Below are positions 10,327-21,626 of a DNA stretch of 64,000 nucleotides, one piece after another. This stretch comes from Synechococcus sp. (GTDB lineage: Bacteria; Cyanobacteriota; Cyanobacteriia; PCC-6307; Cyanobiaceae), in assembly GCA_047285535.1 (NCBI GenBank), contig JBJBDC010000001.1, positions 960,136-1,024,135 on the forward strand, given 5' to 3'. The first letter of the stretch is position 1. Each line of letters starts with the position of its first letter. The position numbers and the translations under genes are program-made. The notes below the pieces were generated by a model. It was given only the letters and a program-made list of their open reading frames with translations. It was not told the origin of the DNA and made no database searches.

Positions 10327-10979
10327 GTATTGGTGTTGTTGTCTTTCCTGGTTCCAATTGCGACCGGGACGTGCGATGGGCCACGGAAGGGTGCCTGGGA
10401 ATGCCTACCCGATACCTCTGGCATGAAGACACAGATCTCAACGACCTCGAGGCAGTCGTCCTACCAGGGGGCTTCAGTTACGGCGACTATTTGCGCTGCG
10501 GTGCCATCGCCAGATTCGCCCCAGTGCTGGGATCTCTAGTCGATTTCGCCAACAAAGGCGGGCGAGTGCTCGGCATCTGCAACGGATTTCAGATTCTCAC
10601 TGAGCTCGGCTTATTGCAAGGAGCACTCACCAGAAATAGCGGTCTTCATTTTATCTGCGAAGACACCCCACTCAAGGTGGCAAGTTCTCGCTCTCCCTGG
10701 CTGGCTCACTTGCAAGTCGGACATGAGATCAAGCTGCCCATTGCGCACGGAGAAGGGCGTTATCAATGCAGCGAAGACACACTCAAATCTCTTCAAGACA
10801 ATGACAGCATCGCTCTGAAATACGACATTAATCCCAATGGCTCCGTTGCCGATATTGCAGGAATCACAAATTCCGCGGGCAATGTTCTTGGACTGATGCC
10901 TCATCCGGAGCGAGCTTGCGATCCTGCAACAGGCGGAACAGATGGACGCCAGTTGATTGAGGCCCTAATTTATCAATAG
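10323..10979 (+). CDS. purQ: phosphoribosylformylglycinamidine synthase subunit PurQ
   Basis: [35 protein letters not shown]. Confidence 0.97.
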   Translation: MSIGVVVFPGSNCDRDVRWATEGCLGMPTRYLWHEDTDLNDLEAVVLPGGFSYGDYLRCGAIARFAPVLGSLVDFANKGGRVLGICNGFQILTELGLLQGALTRNSGLHFICEDTPLKVASSRSPWLAHLQVGHEIKLPIAHGEGRYQCSEDTLKSLQDNDSIALKYDINPNGSVADIAGITNSAGNVLGLMPHPERACDPATGGTDGRQLIEALIYQ

Positions 10980-11276
10980 GACAGGGCATGACCAGTTCCA
11001 AAAACCAACAGGGGCCTGAGTTTCATCTTTTAGCTGATGATCACTCAAAATCCATTAAACAAAAGGAGAATGTGCACATGCAAACCAGAACACAATCAAC
11101 CTGGCTTAAATATAAAACAGCAAGAAACATGAATGCACCATTAATCGCATAAATGCGTCAAAGCACTTATCTTTCACTGTTGCAATTGAGATTTCAGAAT
11201 TAACTTATGGAGCTTATTGAAAGCATTCATCGAATTGCGTGGTCAGACTGGCATTAATTGGTGATGAAGCGCTTTG

Positions 11277-12257
11277 ATGCGTCGTCGATCATTTTTGACG
11301 TTGGGAGTTTCGGCGGCCGTAAGCGCAGCCGTTCCGTTTTCCGCTGATGGTTGGGCGGCATCGACTCAAAAGCAGTCCCCACTTCGTCCTTTAAAAAAAG
11401 GCTCCAGGCTTCGAGCAGTCAATGCCGGAACGTGGCTGAATCCTCAAACTGACTTTGGCCCCCTCGTGAAGCGCTGTGAAGCTGAGGGCTGGATATTAGA
11501 AATCCCAGAATCGGTGAAACGGCAATGGCAATGGTTTTCGGGAACCGATCAACAACGAGCGGATGATCTTGAGAATGCCTGGAAAAATCCTTCACTGGCT
11601 GGTCTGATTTATGTCGGTGCTGGCTGGGGAGGCGCCAGAGTTTTAGAGGCTGGCTTTCGCTTCCCCAATCGCCCGCTCTGGACCCTGGGGTTTTCTGACA
11701 CCAGCTCGATGCTGATAGCTCAATGGTCGGCTGGATTGCGGGGAGCCATCCATGGATCCACAACTGGACCTGACCAACAATGGCAACGAACAGTCCACCT
11801 CCTGAAAGGAGAACCTGTCCCCCCACTCCTAGGACGTTCCGTGCGCACCGGCGTGGCAAGTGGGCCTCTCGTAGTAACGAATCTCACTGTTGCAACCCAT
11901 TTGATTGGCACTCCCTGGTTCCCTGATCTGCGTGGATCCATCCTGGTGCTGGAAGATGTTGGAGAAGCGCCCTACAGAGTGGATCGAATGCTGACGCAAT
12001 GGCGAAGCTCAGGAGTGCTTCGTGGCCTTGCCGGCGTGGCCACGGGGCGATTTAGTTGGAAAGGGGAGGTGGAACCAGGTGATTTTTCAATGGATGGGAT
12101 CCTCGAAGAGCGACTCGCTGATCTAGGCGTGCCCTTGGTCATGGATCTGCCCCTTGGTCATGGACTTCCCAATATGGCTCTCCCCCTTGGTGTAGAAGCA
12201 ACGCTCAACGCCAATCAAGGAACGCTGAAACTGCCTCCATATCGCTCGCATGGTTGA
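11277..12257 (+). CDS. S66 family LD-carboxypeptidase with Tat-like signal
   Basis: MRRRSFL leader; GFSD (Ser), LEDVGE (Glu), GHG (His). Confidence 0.85.
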   Translation: MRRRSFLTLGVSAAVSAAVPFSADGWAASTQKQSPLRPLKKGSRLRAVNAGTWLNPQTDFGPLVKRCEAEGWILEIPESVKRQWQWFSGTDQQRADDLENAWKNPSLAGLIYVGAGWGGARVLEAGFRFPNRPLWTLGFSDTSSMLIAQWSAGLRGAIHGSTTGPDQQWQRTVHLLKGEPVPPLLGRSVRTGVASGPLVVTNLTVATHLIGTPWFPDLRGSILVLEDVGEAPYRVDRMLTQWRSSGVLRGLAGVATGRFSWKGEVEPGDFSMDGILEERLADLGVPLVMDLPLGHGLPNMALPLGVEATLNANQGTLKLPPYRSHG

Positions 12258-12264
12258 AGCCATT

Positions 12265-12294
12265 AAAAAGGGGGCAGAGCCGAGCCCCCCCTTT
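12265..12294 (-). terminator. intrinsic terminator downstream of the class II aldolase
   Basis: Minus strand GGGGGC-tcggctct-GCCCCC followed by TTTTT, between convergent genes. Confidence 0.7.
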
Positions 12295-12313
12295 GCTGGA
12301 TTTGAACGAACAA

Positions 12314-13387
12314 TCAGGCAGCAACTGCTGTCTTGGGGTCAAGCAAGCCTTTTGCATAAAGGCCGGAATAGAAGTTGATGTCGCGCTGCCTGATCTTGCT
12401 GGCGTTGCCCGCAGCCCAGAACTGCTGATAGCGATCCAAACAAACCTGTTTCATGTACTTACGAGCTGGCTTGTTGAAGTGACGAGGATCAAAGTTGGCA
12501 GGATCAGCCACGGCAGCTTCACGAACAGCAGCAGTGAACGCCAAGCGATTATCCGTATCGATGTTGACCTTTCTGACACCATTACGGATTCCTTCTTGAA
12601 TCTCTTCAACTGGTACCCCATAGGTTTCGGGGATAGCACCGCCATACTTGTTAATCATTTCCAACCATTCCTGGGGAACGGAGGAGGAGCCATGCATCAC
12701 CAAGTGGGTATTGGGAATGGCCTTATGAATTTCAGCAATCCTGCTGATCGCAAGTACTTCTCCAGTGGGCTTACGTGTGAACTTATAAGCACCGTGACTG
12801 GTACCGATTGCGATCGCCAGAGCATCAACTTTGGTCTTAGCAACAAAATCAGCAGCCTCGGCTGGATCGGTAAGTAACTGATCTTTAGATAGCTCACCTT
12901 CAAAACCGTGGCCATCTTCGGCTTCGCCTTTACCGGTTTCTAGTGAACCGAGACATCCCAATTCACCCTCGACACTCACGCCAATGGCGTGGGCCACATC
13001 AACCACTTCCTTGGTGACATTGACGTTGTAGTCGTAACTAGCAGGAGTCTTAGCATCAGCCTCAAGGGATCCATCCATCATCACGGATGTAAAGCCATTA
13101 GCAGCAGCTCCAAAGCAAGTGGCTGGGCTATTGCCATGATCCTGATGCATCACAACAGGGATGTCTGGATACGTTTCAACAGCAGCCAGAATGAGGTGAC
13201 GCAAGAAATTCTCACCGGCATAAGTTCTGGCTCCTCGCGAGGCCTGAAGGATCACGGGAGAGTCAGTCTCGTGAGCCGCCTCCATGATCGACTGCACCTG
13301 CTCAAGGTTATTCACATTGAAAGCAGGAATGCCATAGCCGTTTTCCGCGGCATGGTCAAGCAGAAGTCGAAGCGGAACGAGCGCCAT
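12314..13387 (-). CDS. fba: fructose-bisphosphate aldolase class II
   Basis: [37 protein letters not shown]. Confidence 0.97.
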   Translation of the reverse strand: MALVPLRLLLDHAAENGYGIPAFNVNNLEQVQSIMEAAHETDSPVILQASRGARTYAGENFLRHLILAAVETYPDIPVVMHQDHGNSPATCFGAAANGFTSVMMDGSLEADAKTPASYDYNVNVTKEVVDVAHAIGVSVEGELGCLGSLETGKGEAEDGHGFEGELSKDQLLTDPAEAADFVAKTKVDALAIAIGTSHGAYKFTRKPTGEVLAISRIAEIHKAIPNTHLVMHGSSSVPQEWLEMINKYGGAIPETYGVPVEEIQEGIRNGVRKVNIDTDNRLAFTAAVREAAVADPANFDPRHFNKPARKYMKQVCLDRYQQFWAAGNASKIRQRDINFYSGLYAKGLLDPKTAVAA

Positions 13388-13464
13388 AGTGAAGTCCTAA
13401 TGAGGGCCGATAAACGGACATTGGTCCGTAGCCGCGAGACTTTACATTCGATTCGTACGAAATG

Positions 13465-13505
13465 TCACGACACTCCGTGGCAGAAATTACGGTGGAGTGT
13501 CGTGA
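13465..13505. other. 12-bp perfect inverted repeat between the two aldolase genes
   Basis: TCACGACACTCC ... GGAGTGTCGTGA. Confidence 0.8.
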
Positions 13506-13514
13506 GGTGATAGC

Positions 13515-14582
13515 TCAGTAGGTATAGCCAGCTACAAACAACTGCTCGTCAGAAGACGGTTGAGAGCCAGGGACGTAACGACCCTGTGATGCTTCTGAAT
13601 TTGCCCTTGCTCTTGCAAGAAGCGCTGCCTGGCCTCCCTGTTGGTTGGTTCCAGCCCAAGCCTTGAGACAGGAATGTTGCAAGGCTCTTCCATAGGAGAA
13701 GCCAAGATTCCATTGAGCTTTTTTCACAATTTTATTCATGTTGTTGAGGTACACCGATGCTGCTTCCTCACTCAAACCACCTGAAAGAAATACAATTCCA
13801 GGCACACTTGCAGGAACACCTCGCTCGAGGGTTCGAACTGTCATTTCGGCAACAGTTTGAGGGTCTGATTTCTGTGGGCAATCAGCACCTTGAACCGTCA
13901 TTGAGGGCTTAAGAAGAGTGCCTTCTAAGAGAACCCCATTGAGCTGGCAAGCGTGATACACCTCTTTGAGAATCCGTTCTTGAACGGCTGCAGTCACTTC
14001 AATGGAGTGAGCACCATCCATCAAGATTTCAGGTTCAATAATGGGAACAAGGCCTGATTCCTGCACAGAACGTGCGTAACGAGCCAAACCCCATGCATTT
14101 TCATGGATCGCAAGATCCGATGGGCAACCATCGGCGGTGATTTGCAGTACAGCACGCCACTTGGCAAACCGTGCACCTTGGGCGTAGTAATCAGCGGCAC
14201 GTTCCACCAACCCATCAAGGCCAGTACAAACCGTTTCGACGGAATGCGCGCCAGGTAAAGGACATAGACCTTTATCAACTTTAATGCCAGGAATGATGCC
14301 AGCTTGATTTAATTTCTCAACCATCGTTTCGCCGTCGGCGTGGCGCTGAAAAAGTGTTTCCTCGTACAAGATTGCGCCACTAATAAATTCACCAAGGCCT
14401 GCAGTTGTAAACAACATTCCTCGATAGGCCTGCCGATTGGCCTCCGTATTTTCCACTTGAATACCGCCAAGGCGCTTGCCAATGGTCTTCGTAGACTCAT
14501 CAACAGCGAGTATGCCCTTCCCAGACGCTGCTAAAGCATTGGCGGTAGCAATCAATTCCTTAGAGTGCGCGGAAAGAGACAT
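13515..14582 (-). CDS. fructose-bisphosphate aldolase class I
   Basis: GILAVDES, GIKVDKG, FAKWR, VPIIEPE, LLKPSM, FLSGG, FSYGRALQ, terminal Tyr. Confidence 0.95.
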   Translation of the reverse strand: MSLSAHSKELIATANALAASGKGILAVDESTKTIGKRLGGIQVENTEANRQAYRGMLFTTAGLGEFISGAILYEETLFQRHADGETMVEKLNQAGIIPGIKVDKGLCPLPGAHSVETVCTGLDGLVERAADYYAQGARFAKWRAVLQITADGCPSDLAIHENAWGLARYARSVQESGLVPIIEPEILMDGAHSIEVTAAVQERILKEVYHACQLNGVLLEGTLLKPSMTVQGADCPQKSDPQTVAEMTVRTLERGVPASVPGIVFLSGGLSEEAASVYLNNMNKIVKKAQWNLGFSYGRALQHSCLKAWAGTNQQGGQAALLARARANSEASQGRYVPGSQPSSDEQLFVAGYTY

Positions 14583-14707
14583 AGTGATTACTCTGCTTGC
14601 GAAAGAGCCGAAATAGTACTGACCAAACCTTAGGGCCTAATTAATATTTGCTACTAGGCTTAGTGACAAAGGTCGCAGAGCACTTGATTGATTAGTTCGT
14701 CAAAACG

Positions 14708-15802
14708 TCAAATTTGCTGGTCCGAATCGCTCGATTGATCACAAGCTTTCTGGCTCATCAGGCCCTCTGACAAGCCAGGCACCATGGGGGAACCAGATTG
14801 GATACTTCGAGCCCACCAGCTCTGAATTCGGGCCACCGGCGCCACACGGCCATCGCTCCAAGTGGTTGGGAAAACGAAATCAGCGTCAGCCTGAACGTTG
14901 CGAGTGGCTTCTCCCTTTGAGGTGTACCAAAGTCCAAAACCATGGACGTAATCTTTTTGGTTAGGGCTGCCGAGAGTAAGGCTGCCCTCAGATCCATAGA
15001 TTTCGAGCCAAAAGCCTCGACCATTGCGAGCCACTGAAGCCAAATTGACCTGGGCTGGAACCCTTTGATTGTCACACCCCTGCCAATCCAGCTCCATCTG
15101 AATGAGCGACACATCCTCCGCATCCACTGGCGCCATTCCCCCATTGGGGTGAGGACGCTCTTTGATCGACACGCTATTGAGAGCATGGGCGGATCGAATC
15201 GGACCGATCAACCATGCCAAAGTGTCGAAGGCATGGGTCCCAAGAGCACCGATAACGCCTCCACCTGCTTGACGTTGTGAGTACCAGCTCCATGCTCGAG
15301 AAGCATCAGCTCGGCTGCTCATCAACCAGTCAAGTTTTACAAGCCAAGGCGTTCCGACAGCACCAGCCTCAAGCATCCGAGCAGCCTGCCGGAATAATGG
15401 CACTGCCCGATATTCATAATCCACTGCCACACTGAGGCCTTTCTGCATAGCAATCCGTTGCAGATCTGCCACCAATTCCGACTTGAGAGCTACAGGTTTT
15501 TCAAGCAATAAGTGCTTGCCAGCGTGCAACGCTTGACGCGCAAGTTCATAACGTGGCTCCGGTGGTGTGGCAATGATCACTCCCTCTACGCGAGTATCGC
15601 TGAGCAAAGCGCCCCAATCGTTGTAGCCAGGTAGGTTGTGCGCAAGGCAAGCCTGATCTAATCGTTCCCGTCGTGGGTGCCAAAGTGCAACGGCCTGGAG
15701 ATCAGATTGAGCTGCAAGGGCTGGGAGATGAACCGATTCTCCAAAGCCAAGACCAGCGATCGCGACTCCAATAGCTGAAGTGCTTGAAGAGGGGACAGCC
15801 AT
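14708..15802 (-). CDS. Gfo/Idh/MocA family oxidoreductase
   Basis: GLGFG, IATPP, LLEKPV, GG...LGTH.FD. Confidence 0.88.
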   Translation of the reverse strand: MAVPSSSTSAIGVAIAGLGFGESVHLPALAAQSDLQAVALWHPRRERLDQACLAHNLPGYNDWGALLSDTRVEGVIIATPPEPRYELARQALHAGKHLLLEKPVALKSELVADLQRIAMQKGLSVAVDYEYRAVPLFRQAARMLEAGAVGTPWLVKLDWLMSSRADASRAWSWYSQRQAGGGVIGALGTHAFDTLAWLIGPIRSAHALNSVSIKERPHPNGGMAPVDAEDVSLIQMELDWQGCDNQRVPAQVNLASVARNGRGFWLEIYGSEGSLTLGSPNQKDYVHGFGLWYTSKGEATRNVQADADFVFPTTWSDGRVAPVARIQSWWARSIQSGSPMVPGLSEGLMSQKACDQSSDSDQQI

Positions 15803-15820
15803 AAATGAGGCCTAGTGAGG

Positions 15821-16219
15821 TCAGGAAAGCGAAGAAAACTGTTCAGACGCGCAAACGGCTGAAATCACACCGTCGATCAGGGGATCAGACCCTGATGGTT
15901 GCCATTCGGCCTTGAATTGAGGTAACCCATTTTTTTGCTGATCTCGATACAGCTCTTGGCTGCAGTCGATCTCCATCACCACAAGAGTTCCCAAGGCAGG
16001 TCGATCATCCTCCTGCCGCAAGCTGTAGCGACTGAGCACTGACACGGTGCCAGTCTTATTCAACCGCAGGCTGCCCGCATCCCACCACTGCTGGCCATCC
16101 CCAGTTGAAGGAACTTCTCTCCATTCCACTTGACCTGCACACACAGGAGCAGCGAGAAGAATGATGGCCAAGCCAAAAGCAAGAACAGCTCGGATACGAA
16201 TGGCTGTGATGCTGATCAT
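15821..16219 (-). CDS. exported hypothetical protein
   Basis: Signal peptide; W...DC...C pattern; overlaps the accD stop. Confidence 0.7.
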   Translation of the reverse strand: MISITAIRIRAVLAFGLAIILLAAPVCAGQVEWREVPSTGDGQQWWDAGSLRLNKTGTVSVLSRYSLRQEDDRPALGTLVVMEIDCSQELYRDQQKNGLPQFKAEWQPSGSDPLIDGVISAVCASEQFSSLS

Positions 16220-17094
16220 GATGCCGCGACCTGAGCTTCACAGCCATGCAGCCGAAGAAGGTTCGCAAGGGTGGAACGTAATTGAGTACGAGGCACGATC
16301 GAATCCACGAAGCCGTGATCTTGTAAATACTCAGCTGTTTGAAAATTATCAGGCAATTTTTCACGCAGGGTTTGTTCAATCACGCGCCTTCCAGCAAAAC
16401 CGATGAGGGCTTTTGGCTCCGCCAAAATGAGATCACCGAGCATGGCAAAACTTGCCGTGACACCACCAGTCGTGGGGTGCGTAAGCAGAGGCATGTACAA
16501 CACGCCTGCTTCCCTGTGGCGTTCTAAAGCACCCGAAATTTTCGCCATCTGCATGAGGCTGAGCATGCCCTCCTGCATCCTTGCGCCTCCTGATGCACAA
16601 ACGATTAAAAGTGGCAGCTTTTTGGCTGTAGCGCGTTCCACCAGACGAGTGATTTTTTCACCAACAACCGACCCCATCGAGCCGCCCATGAAGCGGAAAT
16701 CCATCACGCCGAGAGCCAAAGGAATCCCCTCTACTTGGCATAACCCGGTGATCACCCCGTCTCGAAGACCGGTATTGGCCTGGGTCTCCCGAAGCCGGTC
16801 TGCATAGGCCCTGCGATCCTTAAATCCCAGCGGATCAGTTGGTTCCAGCTCCTGATCAATGGCCACAAAACTGTTTGGATCCACAAGAACAGCAATGCGC
16901 TCAGTGCTATCGATGCGGTGGTGGTAACCACAGTTGCCGCAGACACTGGCGTTGCTGAGCAGATCCTTGCGATACACCACTTGAGAGCATTCGGGGCACT
17001 TGCTCCAGAGACCATCCCCTTCATCAGGCTCCTGATTCACCTTGCCGACGAACTGACCTTTACGGCGGTCAGCAAACCAGTCGAACAAACTCAA
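16216..17094 (-). CDS. accD: acetyl-CoA carboxylase carboxyltransferase beta subunit
   Basis: LWSKCPEC...CGNC zinc finger, [27 protein letters not shown]. Confidence 0.97.
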   Translation of the reverse strand: MSLFDWFADRRKGQFVGKVNQEPDEGDGLWSKCPECSQVVYRKDLLSNASVCGNCGYHHRIDSTERIAVLVDPNSFVAIDQELEPTDPLGFKDRRAYADRLRETQANTGLRDGVITGLCQVEGIPLALGVMDFRFMGGSMGSVVGEKITRLVERATAKKLPLLIVCASGGARMQEGMLSLMQMAKISGALERHREAGVLYMPLLTHPTTGGVTASFAMLGDLILAEPKALIGFAGRRVIEQTLREKLPDNFQTAEYLQDHGFVDSIVPRTQLRSTLANLLRLHGCEAQVAAS

Positions 17095-17291
17095 GGTTGA
17101 TTACTCCTGAATGGCAACAGCAGTTCCCAGTTGGGATAGGGGCTTTTGGCTTGTAGGAACGCCAAATTTTGGGAGCTCATTAGACACAAACGGTCAAGCC
17201 AAAGGCCTGAGCATTCCACCACTTAGCTAAGGCTAAGACAGGGTTGTAGCAATCTCACCGCAACGATCCTCTTGTACTGGGTTCGTATCTT

Positions 17292-18155
17292 TCAGAACAC
17301 TCCAAACCATTTCATCCATTGATTGAGCCACCACTCAGAGCCGACCAACCAGGTCAGCCAAATTCCAAGAGCAATAAAGGGGCCAAAAGGGAATGGCTGT
17401 CGAGGTCCAAGGCGTCCAGATAGACGGCCGATGGTCCCAACGAAGGCACCGCTGAAGACCGCAATCGCCAAAGCAATCCAAACACCCCCTAAGCCGAGCC
17501 AAGCTCCCGCTAAGGCGGCCAGTTTGGCATCGCCAAGTCCGAGTGCAGGTTGTCCAAGCATGCGCTCAGAAAGAGCGCTTAATCCTTCCAGTACCAGTAA
17601 CCCTGCAGATGCGGCCAAAAGGTGATTGAGAAGCACTGAACTGGCTGCAGGCCAGGGAATGACCAGATAAAGAGCACCTGTCAACACAATGCCCAGCACT
17701 ACTCCAAGCCTGCATAGAGGTTCAGGAAGCCATAAATGGTCAATATCTATTAAAACCAGTGGTAAAAGCACACTGATCAGGACAATCCCCGCCAACAGAT
17801 TGAGCAATGCCAAACCTGGCTGATCTGGAGAAGCAAGCAATCCTCGACCCCAAAAAGCACTGAGCCAGAGGATGGCGCTACAGGCTTCCACCAATGGATA
17901 CCGGCTGGGGATGCCCTGATGGCAATCACGACATCGTCCTTGAAGCAAAAACCAACCCAACACGGGCACATTGTCGTGCCAGCGAACTGGATGTCCACAT
18001 TTCGGACAGTGACTTCCCGGCCAGAGAACGGATTCTTCCCGGGGTAAGCGCCAAGCCACCACATTGGTGAAACTTCCCAGACATGCACCCCCAAGGAGAA
18101 GGGTGATACAAAGCAAACTTGTCAATTCGCACCTCCCCTTGGCCGTTCTCTCCAT
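17292..18155 (-). CDS. pilD: prepilin peptidase (A24)
   Basis: GSF.NVV.WRLP, two CxxC, IDID, GLGDAKL, PFGPF; start uncertain. Confidence 0.9.
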   Translation of the reverse strand: MERTAKGRCELTSLLCITLLLGGACLGSFTNVVAWRLPREESVLWPGSHCPKCGHPVRWHDNVPVLGWFLLQGRCRDCHQGIPSRYPLVEACSAILWLSAFWGRGLLASPDQPGLALLNLLAGIVLISVLLPLVLIDIDHLWLPEPLCRLGVVLGIVLTGALYLVIPWPAASSVLLNHLLAASAGLLVLEGLSALSERMLGQPALGLGDAKLAALAGAWLGLGGVWIALAIAVFSGAFVGTIGRLSGRLGPRQPFPFGPFIALGIWLTWLVGSEWWLNQWMKWFGVF

Positions 18156-18466
18156 CCACGCGGGCGACGCAAACGCCGTCCCATCAGGGCGAGACTGATG
18201 AAATGCTCTTGAAACAGGAGTGTGGGGGGCTCGAAAACAACTCTGCCCTCATTTAATTGTTCATTCACCACAACACCCATGGGCTCAAGTTGCTGGTCGC
18301 CGTCACTTAAAAAACGGAAATAGACCCGTCGAGCTAGTGCGATGAGACGACGACTATCAACTCTGTCCCAACGCGGTGTAGCGGTTGTGGATCCACGAGC
18401 ACCTGCAATCTCAAAGGAAGGAGAGGACAAAGAAAGGGACCCACCTGATCTTTCAGATGAGGCCAC
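18122..18466 (-). CDS. conserved hypothetical protein
   Basis: Fills the prk-pilD gap in the same orientation. Confidence 0.6.
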   Translation of the reverse strand: MASSERSGGSLSLSSPSFEIAGARGSTTATPRWDRVDSRRLIALARRVYFRFLSDGDQQLEPMGVVVNEQLNEGRVVFEPPTLLFQEHFISLALMGRRLRRPRGWRERPRGGAN

Positions 18467-18512
18467 GATAGATCTGATTGCTCAAAGTGTTGACGATGAG
18501 AAATTAGGAAAG

Positions 18513-19406
18513 TTAGCTTTTCTCTTCAATCATGCGATGAATGATCGGCGTGAGGATGAGTTCCATCGCAAAGCCCATCTTTCCTCCGTTCACCACAATG
18601 CTGGTCGGACTGCTCATAAAGGAATCATGAATCATGCTTAACAAGTAGGTGAAATCAATGCCCCACTTCTCACGAGCTCCTTTACGGAAGTGAATGATGA
18701 CGAAACTTTCATCTGCCGTTGGGATATTGCGACAGATGAATGGATTGGACGTATCAACCGTTGGCACCCGCTGGAAGTTGATGTCAGTTTCGCTGAATTG
18801 AGGGCAAATATGATTGATGTAGTCCGGCATACGTCTGAGGATCGTATCCACGATCGCTTCTGCGGAGTACCCGCGCTCAGCATTATCACGTTGGATCTTT
18901 TGGATCCATTCCAGGTTGGTAATCGGAACAACACCAACAAGTAAATCAGCGTGGGCAGCGACGTTGTATCCGTCTCCGACGACTCCGCCGTGGAGGCCTT
19001 CATAAAACAACAAGTCAGTGCCACCAGGGATGTCTTCCCATGGAGTGAACTGACCTGGATCCAAGCTCACCCCGAGGCGAGCGTTGTGTTCAGCAGCCTC
19101 TTCTGGACTATGAAGGTAATAACGCTTCTGACCTCTTCCAGTTTCGCCGTACAGCCGGAAAAGCTCTTCAAGTTTGTCGAAGAGATTGGCTTCAGGACCG
19201 AAATGGGAGAAATTTTCACCCTTCGCAAGCGCTTCAGACATAGCTGTCTTCATCGCCATCCGCTCAAAGCGGTGGTAACTGTCACCCTCCACCACTGCGG
19301 GAGTGATGTTCTCCCGAGCGAAGATGTGCTCAAAAGCCCTCTTAACAGTGCTTGTTCCGGCACCTGAGGAACCCGTAACAGCCACGACGGGGTGACGCTT
19401 CGACAT
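18513..19406 (-). CDS. prk: phosphoribulokinase (proteobacterial/CbbP type)
   Basis: MSKRHPVVAVTGSSGAGTST, EGDSYH, FYEGLHG, FQRVPTVDTSNPF. Confidence 0.95.
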   Translation of the reverse strand: MSKRHPVVAVTGSSGAGTSTVKRAFEHIFARENITPAVVEGDSYHRFERMAMKTAMSEALAKGENFSHFGPEANLFDKLEELFRLYGETGRGQKRYYLHSPEEAAEHNARLGVSLDPGQFTPWEDIPGGTDLLFYEGLHGGVVGDGYNVAAHADLLVGVVPITNLEWIQKIQRDNAERGYSAEAIVDTILRRMPDYINHICPQFSETDINFQRVPTVDTSNPFICRNIPTADESFVIIHFRKGAREKWGIDFTYLLSMIHDSFMSSPTSIVVNGGKMGFAMELILTPIIHRMIEEKS

Positions 19407-19480
19407 CGACGGAGGAAGATCTGGCCCGATGAGTTTGGCAGGTCAAAGGGCGAAATCCACATTTTTCCTTTCATGTCGCA

Positions 19481-20554
19481 TCAGAGTGTCTTAAGAAGCT
19501 CCTCCCCCATCGCCTGGCAGCCAAGGTAAGTACAGCCTTCAGCCATCAGATCACCAGTGCGGAAACCGGCTGCCAAAACGCGATCAACGGCTTGTTCGAG
19601 ATCGTCTGCAGCGGCGCTTTGTTTGAGACCAGTGCGCAGCATCATGGCGGCGGAAAGCACCATTGCCATTGGATTGGCTTTGTCCTGACCTGCAATATCA
19701 GGGGCTGAACCATGAACTGGCTCATACAGACCTGGACCCTGACTCCCCAGCGAGGCCGAAGGCAGCATCCCGATCGAACCAGTGAGCATGGCGGAAATAT
19801 CGCTGAGAATGTCTCCGAAAAGATTGCCGGTCAGCACCACATCAAACTGACGGGGATCTCTCACCAGTTGCATGGCCGCATTGTCCACATAGAGATGACT
19901 GACATCCACATCGGAATAACCACCTTTCATTCCCTCCACCCGATCACGCCAAAGCTGGCTGACATCAAGCACATTGGCCTTATCCACGGAGCAGAGCTTG
20001 CCGCGGCGTTCGCAAGCGAGCTTGAAGGCCACATGAGCAATCCTGTCGATTTCGGAATCCGAGTAAGTCATGGTGTTGAACGCACGTTCTTCCCCATCAG
20101 CGTTGACTCGACCTTTTGGCTTTCCGAAATAAATCCCGCCAGTGAGCTCTCTCACCACCATTAGATCCACCCCCTCAATGACTTCGGGCCGCAGGCTGCT
20201 GGCAGCAATCAAGGCAGGAACAATTTTGACTGGACGAAGATTGGCGAACAGCTCTAGGCCCGAGCGAAGGGCCAATAATCCACTTTCGGGCCTTTGTTCT
20301 CGAGGCAAGGCGTCAAAGCGAGGACTACCAATGGCTGCAAGCAGTACGGCATCGGCTCCTTTACAGGCCTCAAGGGTGCTTTCAGGCAAGGGATCACCTG
20401 TGGCATCAACGGCAGAACCACCGATGAGCGCTTCACTAAATTCAAGCTTGAAGCCGTGTTTATGCGATACAGCTTCAAGCAGTTGTTTGGCCACAGCAGT
20501 GATCTCTGGACCAATGCCATCACCCGGAAGCAAAACGACGGAATGCTTTGGCAT
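19481..20554 (-). CDS. leuB: 3-isopropylmalate dehydrogenase
   Basis: [40 protein letters not shown]. Confidence 0.97.
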   Translation of the reverse strand: MPKHSVVLLPGDGIGPEITAVAKQLLEAVSHKHGFKLEFSEALIGGSAVDATGDPLPESTLEACKGADAVLLAAIGSPRFDALPREQRPESGLLALRSGLELFANLRPVKIVPALIAASSLRPEVIEGVDLMVVRELTGGIYFGKPKGRVNADGEERAFNTMTYSDSEIDRIAHVAFKLACERRGKLCSVDKANVLDVSQLWRDRVEGMKGGYSDVDVSHLYVDNAAMQLVRDPRQFDVVLTGNLFGDILSDISAMLTGSIGMLPSASLGSQGPGLYEPVHGSAPDIAGQDKANPMAMVLSAAMMLRTGLKQSAAADDLEQAVDRVLAAGFRTGDLMAEGCTYLGCQAMGEELLKTL

Positions 20555-20585
20555 TGACTGGGCTTAAGGGGAGTAACAAGGAAGG

Positions 20586-21626
20586 TTACTGAGCCACTTT
20601 CTTCAGTTCACGTAACTGCTTGGCCATCTCTGGCAATTTGCTGAAAACAGCTGAACAACGCAGCCAAAGCTTGTTGGGAATCGCCGGGTAGCCACTCACC
20701 ACTTCACCAGGCTCCACCTCCCCGTGAATTCCACTCTTCGAGCTCGCGATCGCACGATCACCAATCACGGCTCGGTTCGCCACACCAACCTGTCCCGCCA
20801 AAATCACACCATGGCCGAGGCGAGCTCCGCCCGCAATCCCAACCTGTGCGGCCAGGGCACAACCGCGACCGGTGACGACGCCGTGACCAATCTGAACGAG
20901 GTTGTCGATCTTTGTTCCAGCACCGATGCGGGTTTCTCCAACGGACGGGCGATCAATCGTGCTGCCACAACCAACCTCAACCCCCTCCTCAAGCACCACC
21001 AGACCCGTTTGAGGCATTTTGCGCCAGCCTTTTGACGTTGGGACGAATCCGAATCCCTCTGAGCCAACGACTGCATTGGAATGAACCACACAGTGATTGG
21101 CAAGACGCACTCCGGGATGGAGCACTGCATTCGCATGCAGTTCACAGTTCTGACCAACCACAACATCTCCGTAAATCACGACCCCTGGATGAATTGTGCA
21201 GTGAGCCTTGATGCGTGTGTCGTCTCCAATACAAACATGGGCACCGATCGAGACCCCAGAATCAATCTGAACCCTGTCGCCAATCACGGCAGAAGGATGA
21301 ATGATGGCATCTTGTCTAGGACGCGGATGGAGTTGGTCCAATGCTTCTGCAAACGCCAGACGAGGGTCACGCATCACGGCCCAAGCCAGACCACGTTGCT
21401 CTGCCAAGAGCTTGAGATCCTCCTGATCTGGAATTAAAACGGCGCCAGCATGGCTGCTTTTCAGGCTCTGTATTAATGCATTCCCCTTTTCGAGAAAACT
21501 GAGTTGCTCTGAATCTGCTTTCTCCAGGGATCCAGCACTGCGGAGATCTGGATCGCTGCCGAGCTGATGCTCCAGCAGCCCTGCCTCGCCGTCTTGAAGG
21601 GCGACGATTATCTGGCTGAAACGCAT
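20586..21626 (-). CDS. lpxD: UDP-3-O-acyl-glucosamine N-acyltransferase
   Basis: Hexapeptide repeats, [17 protein letters not shown]. Confidence 0.95.
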   Translation of the reverse strand: MRFSQIIVALQDGEAGLLEHQLGSDPDLRSAGSLEKADSEQLSFLEKGNALIQSLKSSHAGAVLIPDQEDLKLLAEQRGLAWAVMRDPRLAFAEALDQLHPRPRQDAIIHPSAVIGDRVQIDSGVSIGAHVCIGDDTRIKAHCTIHPGVVIYGDVVVGQNCELHANAVLHPGVRLANHCVVHSNAVVGSEGFGFVPTSKGWRKMPQTGLVVLEEGVEVGCGSTIDRPSVGETRIGAGTKIDNLVQIGHGVVTGRGCALAAQVGIAGGARLGHGVILAGQVGVANRAVIGDRAIASSKSGIHGEVEPGEVVSGYPAIPNKLWLRCSAVFSKLPEMAKQLRELKKVAQ

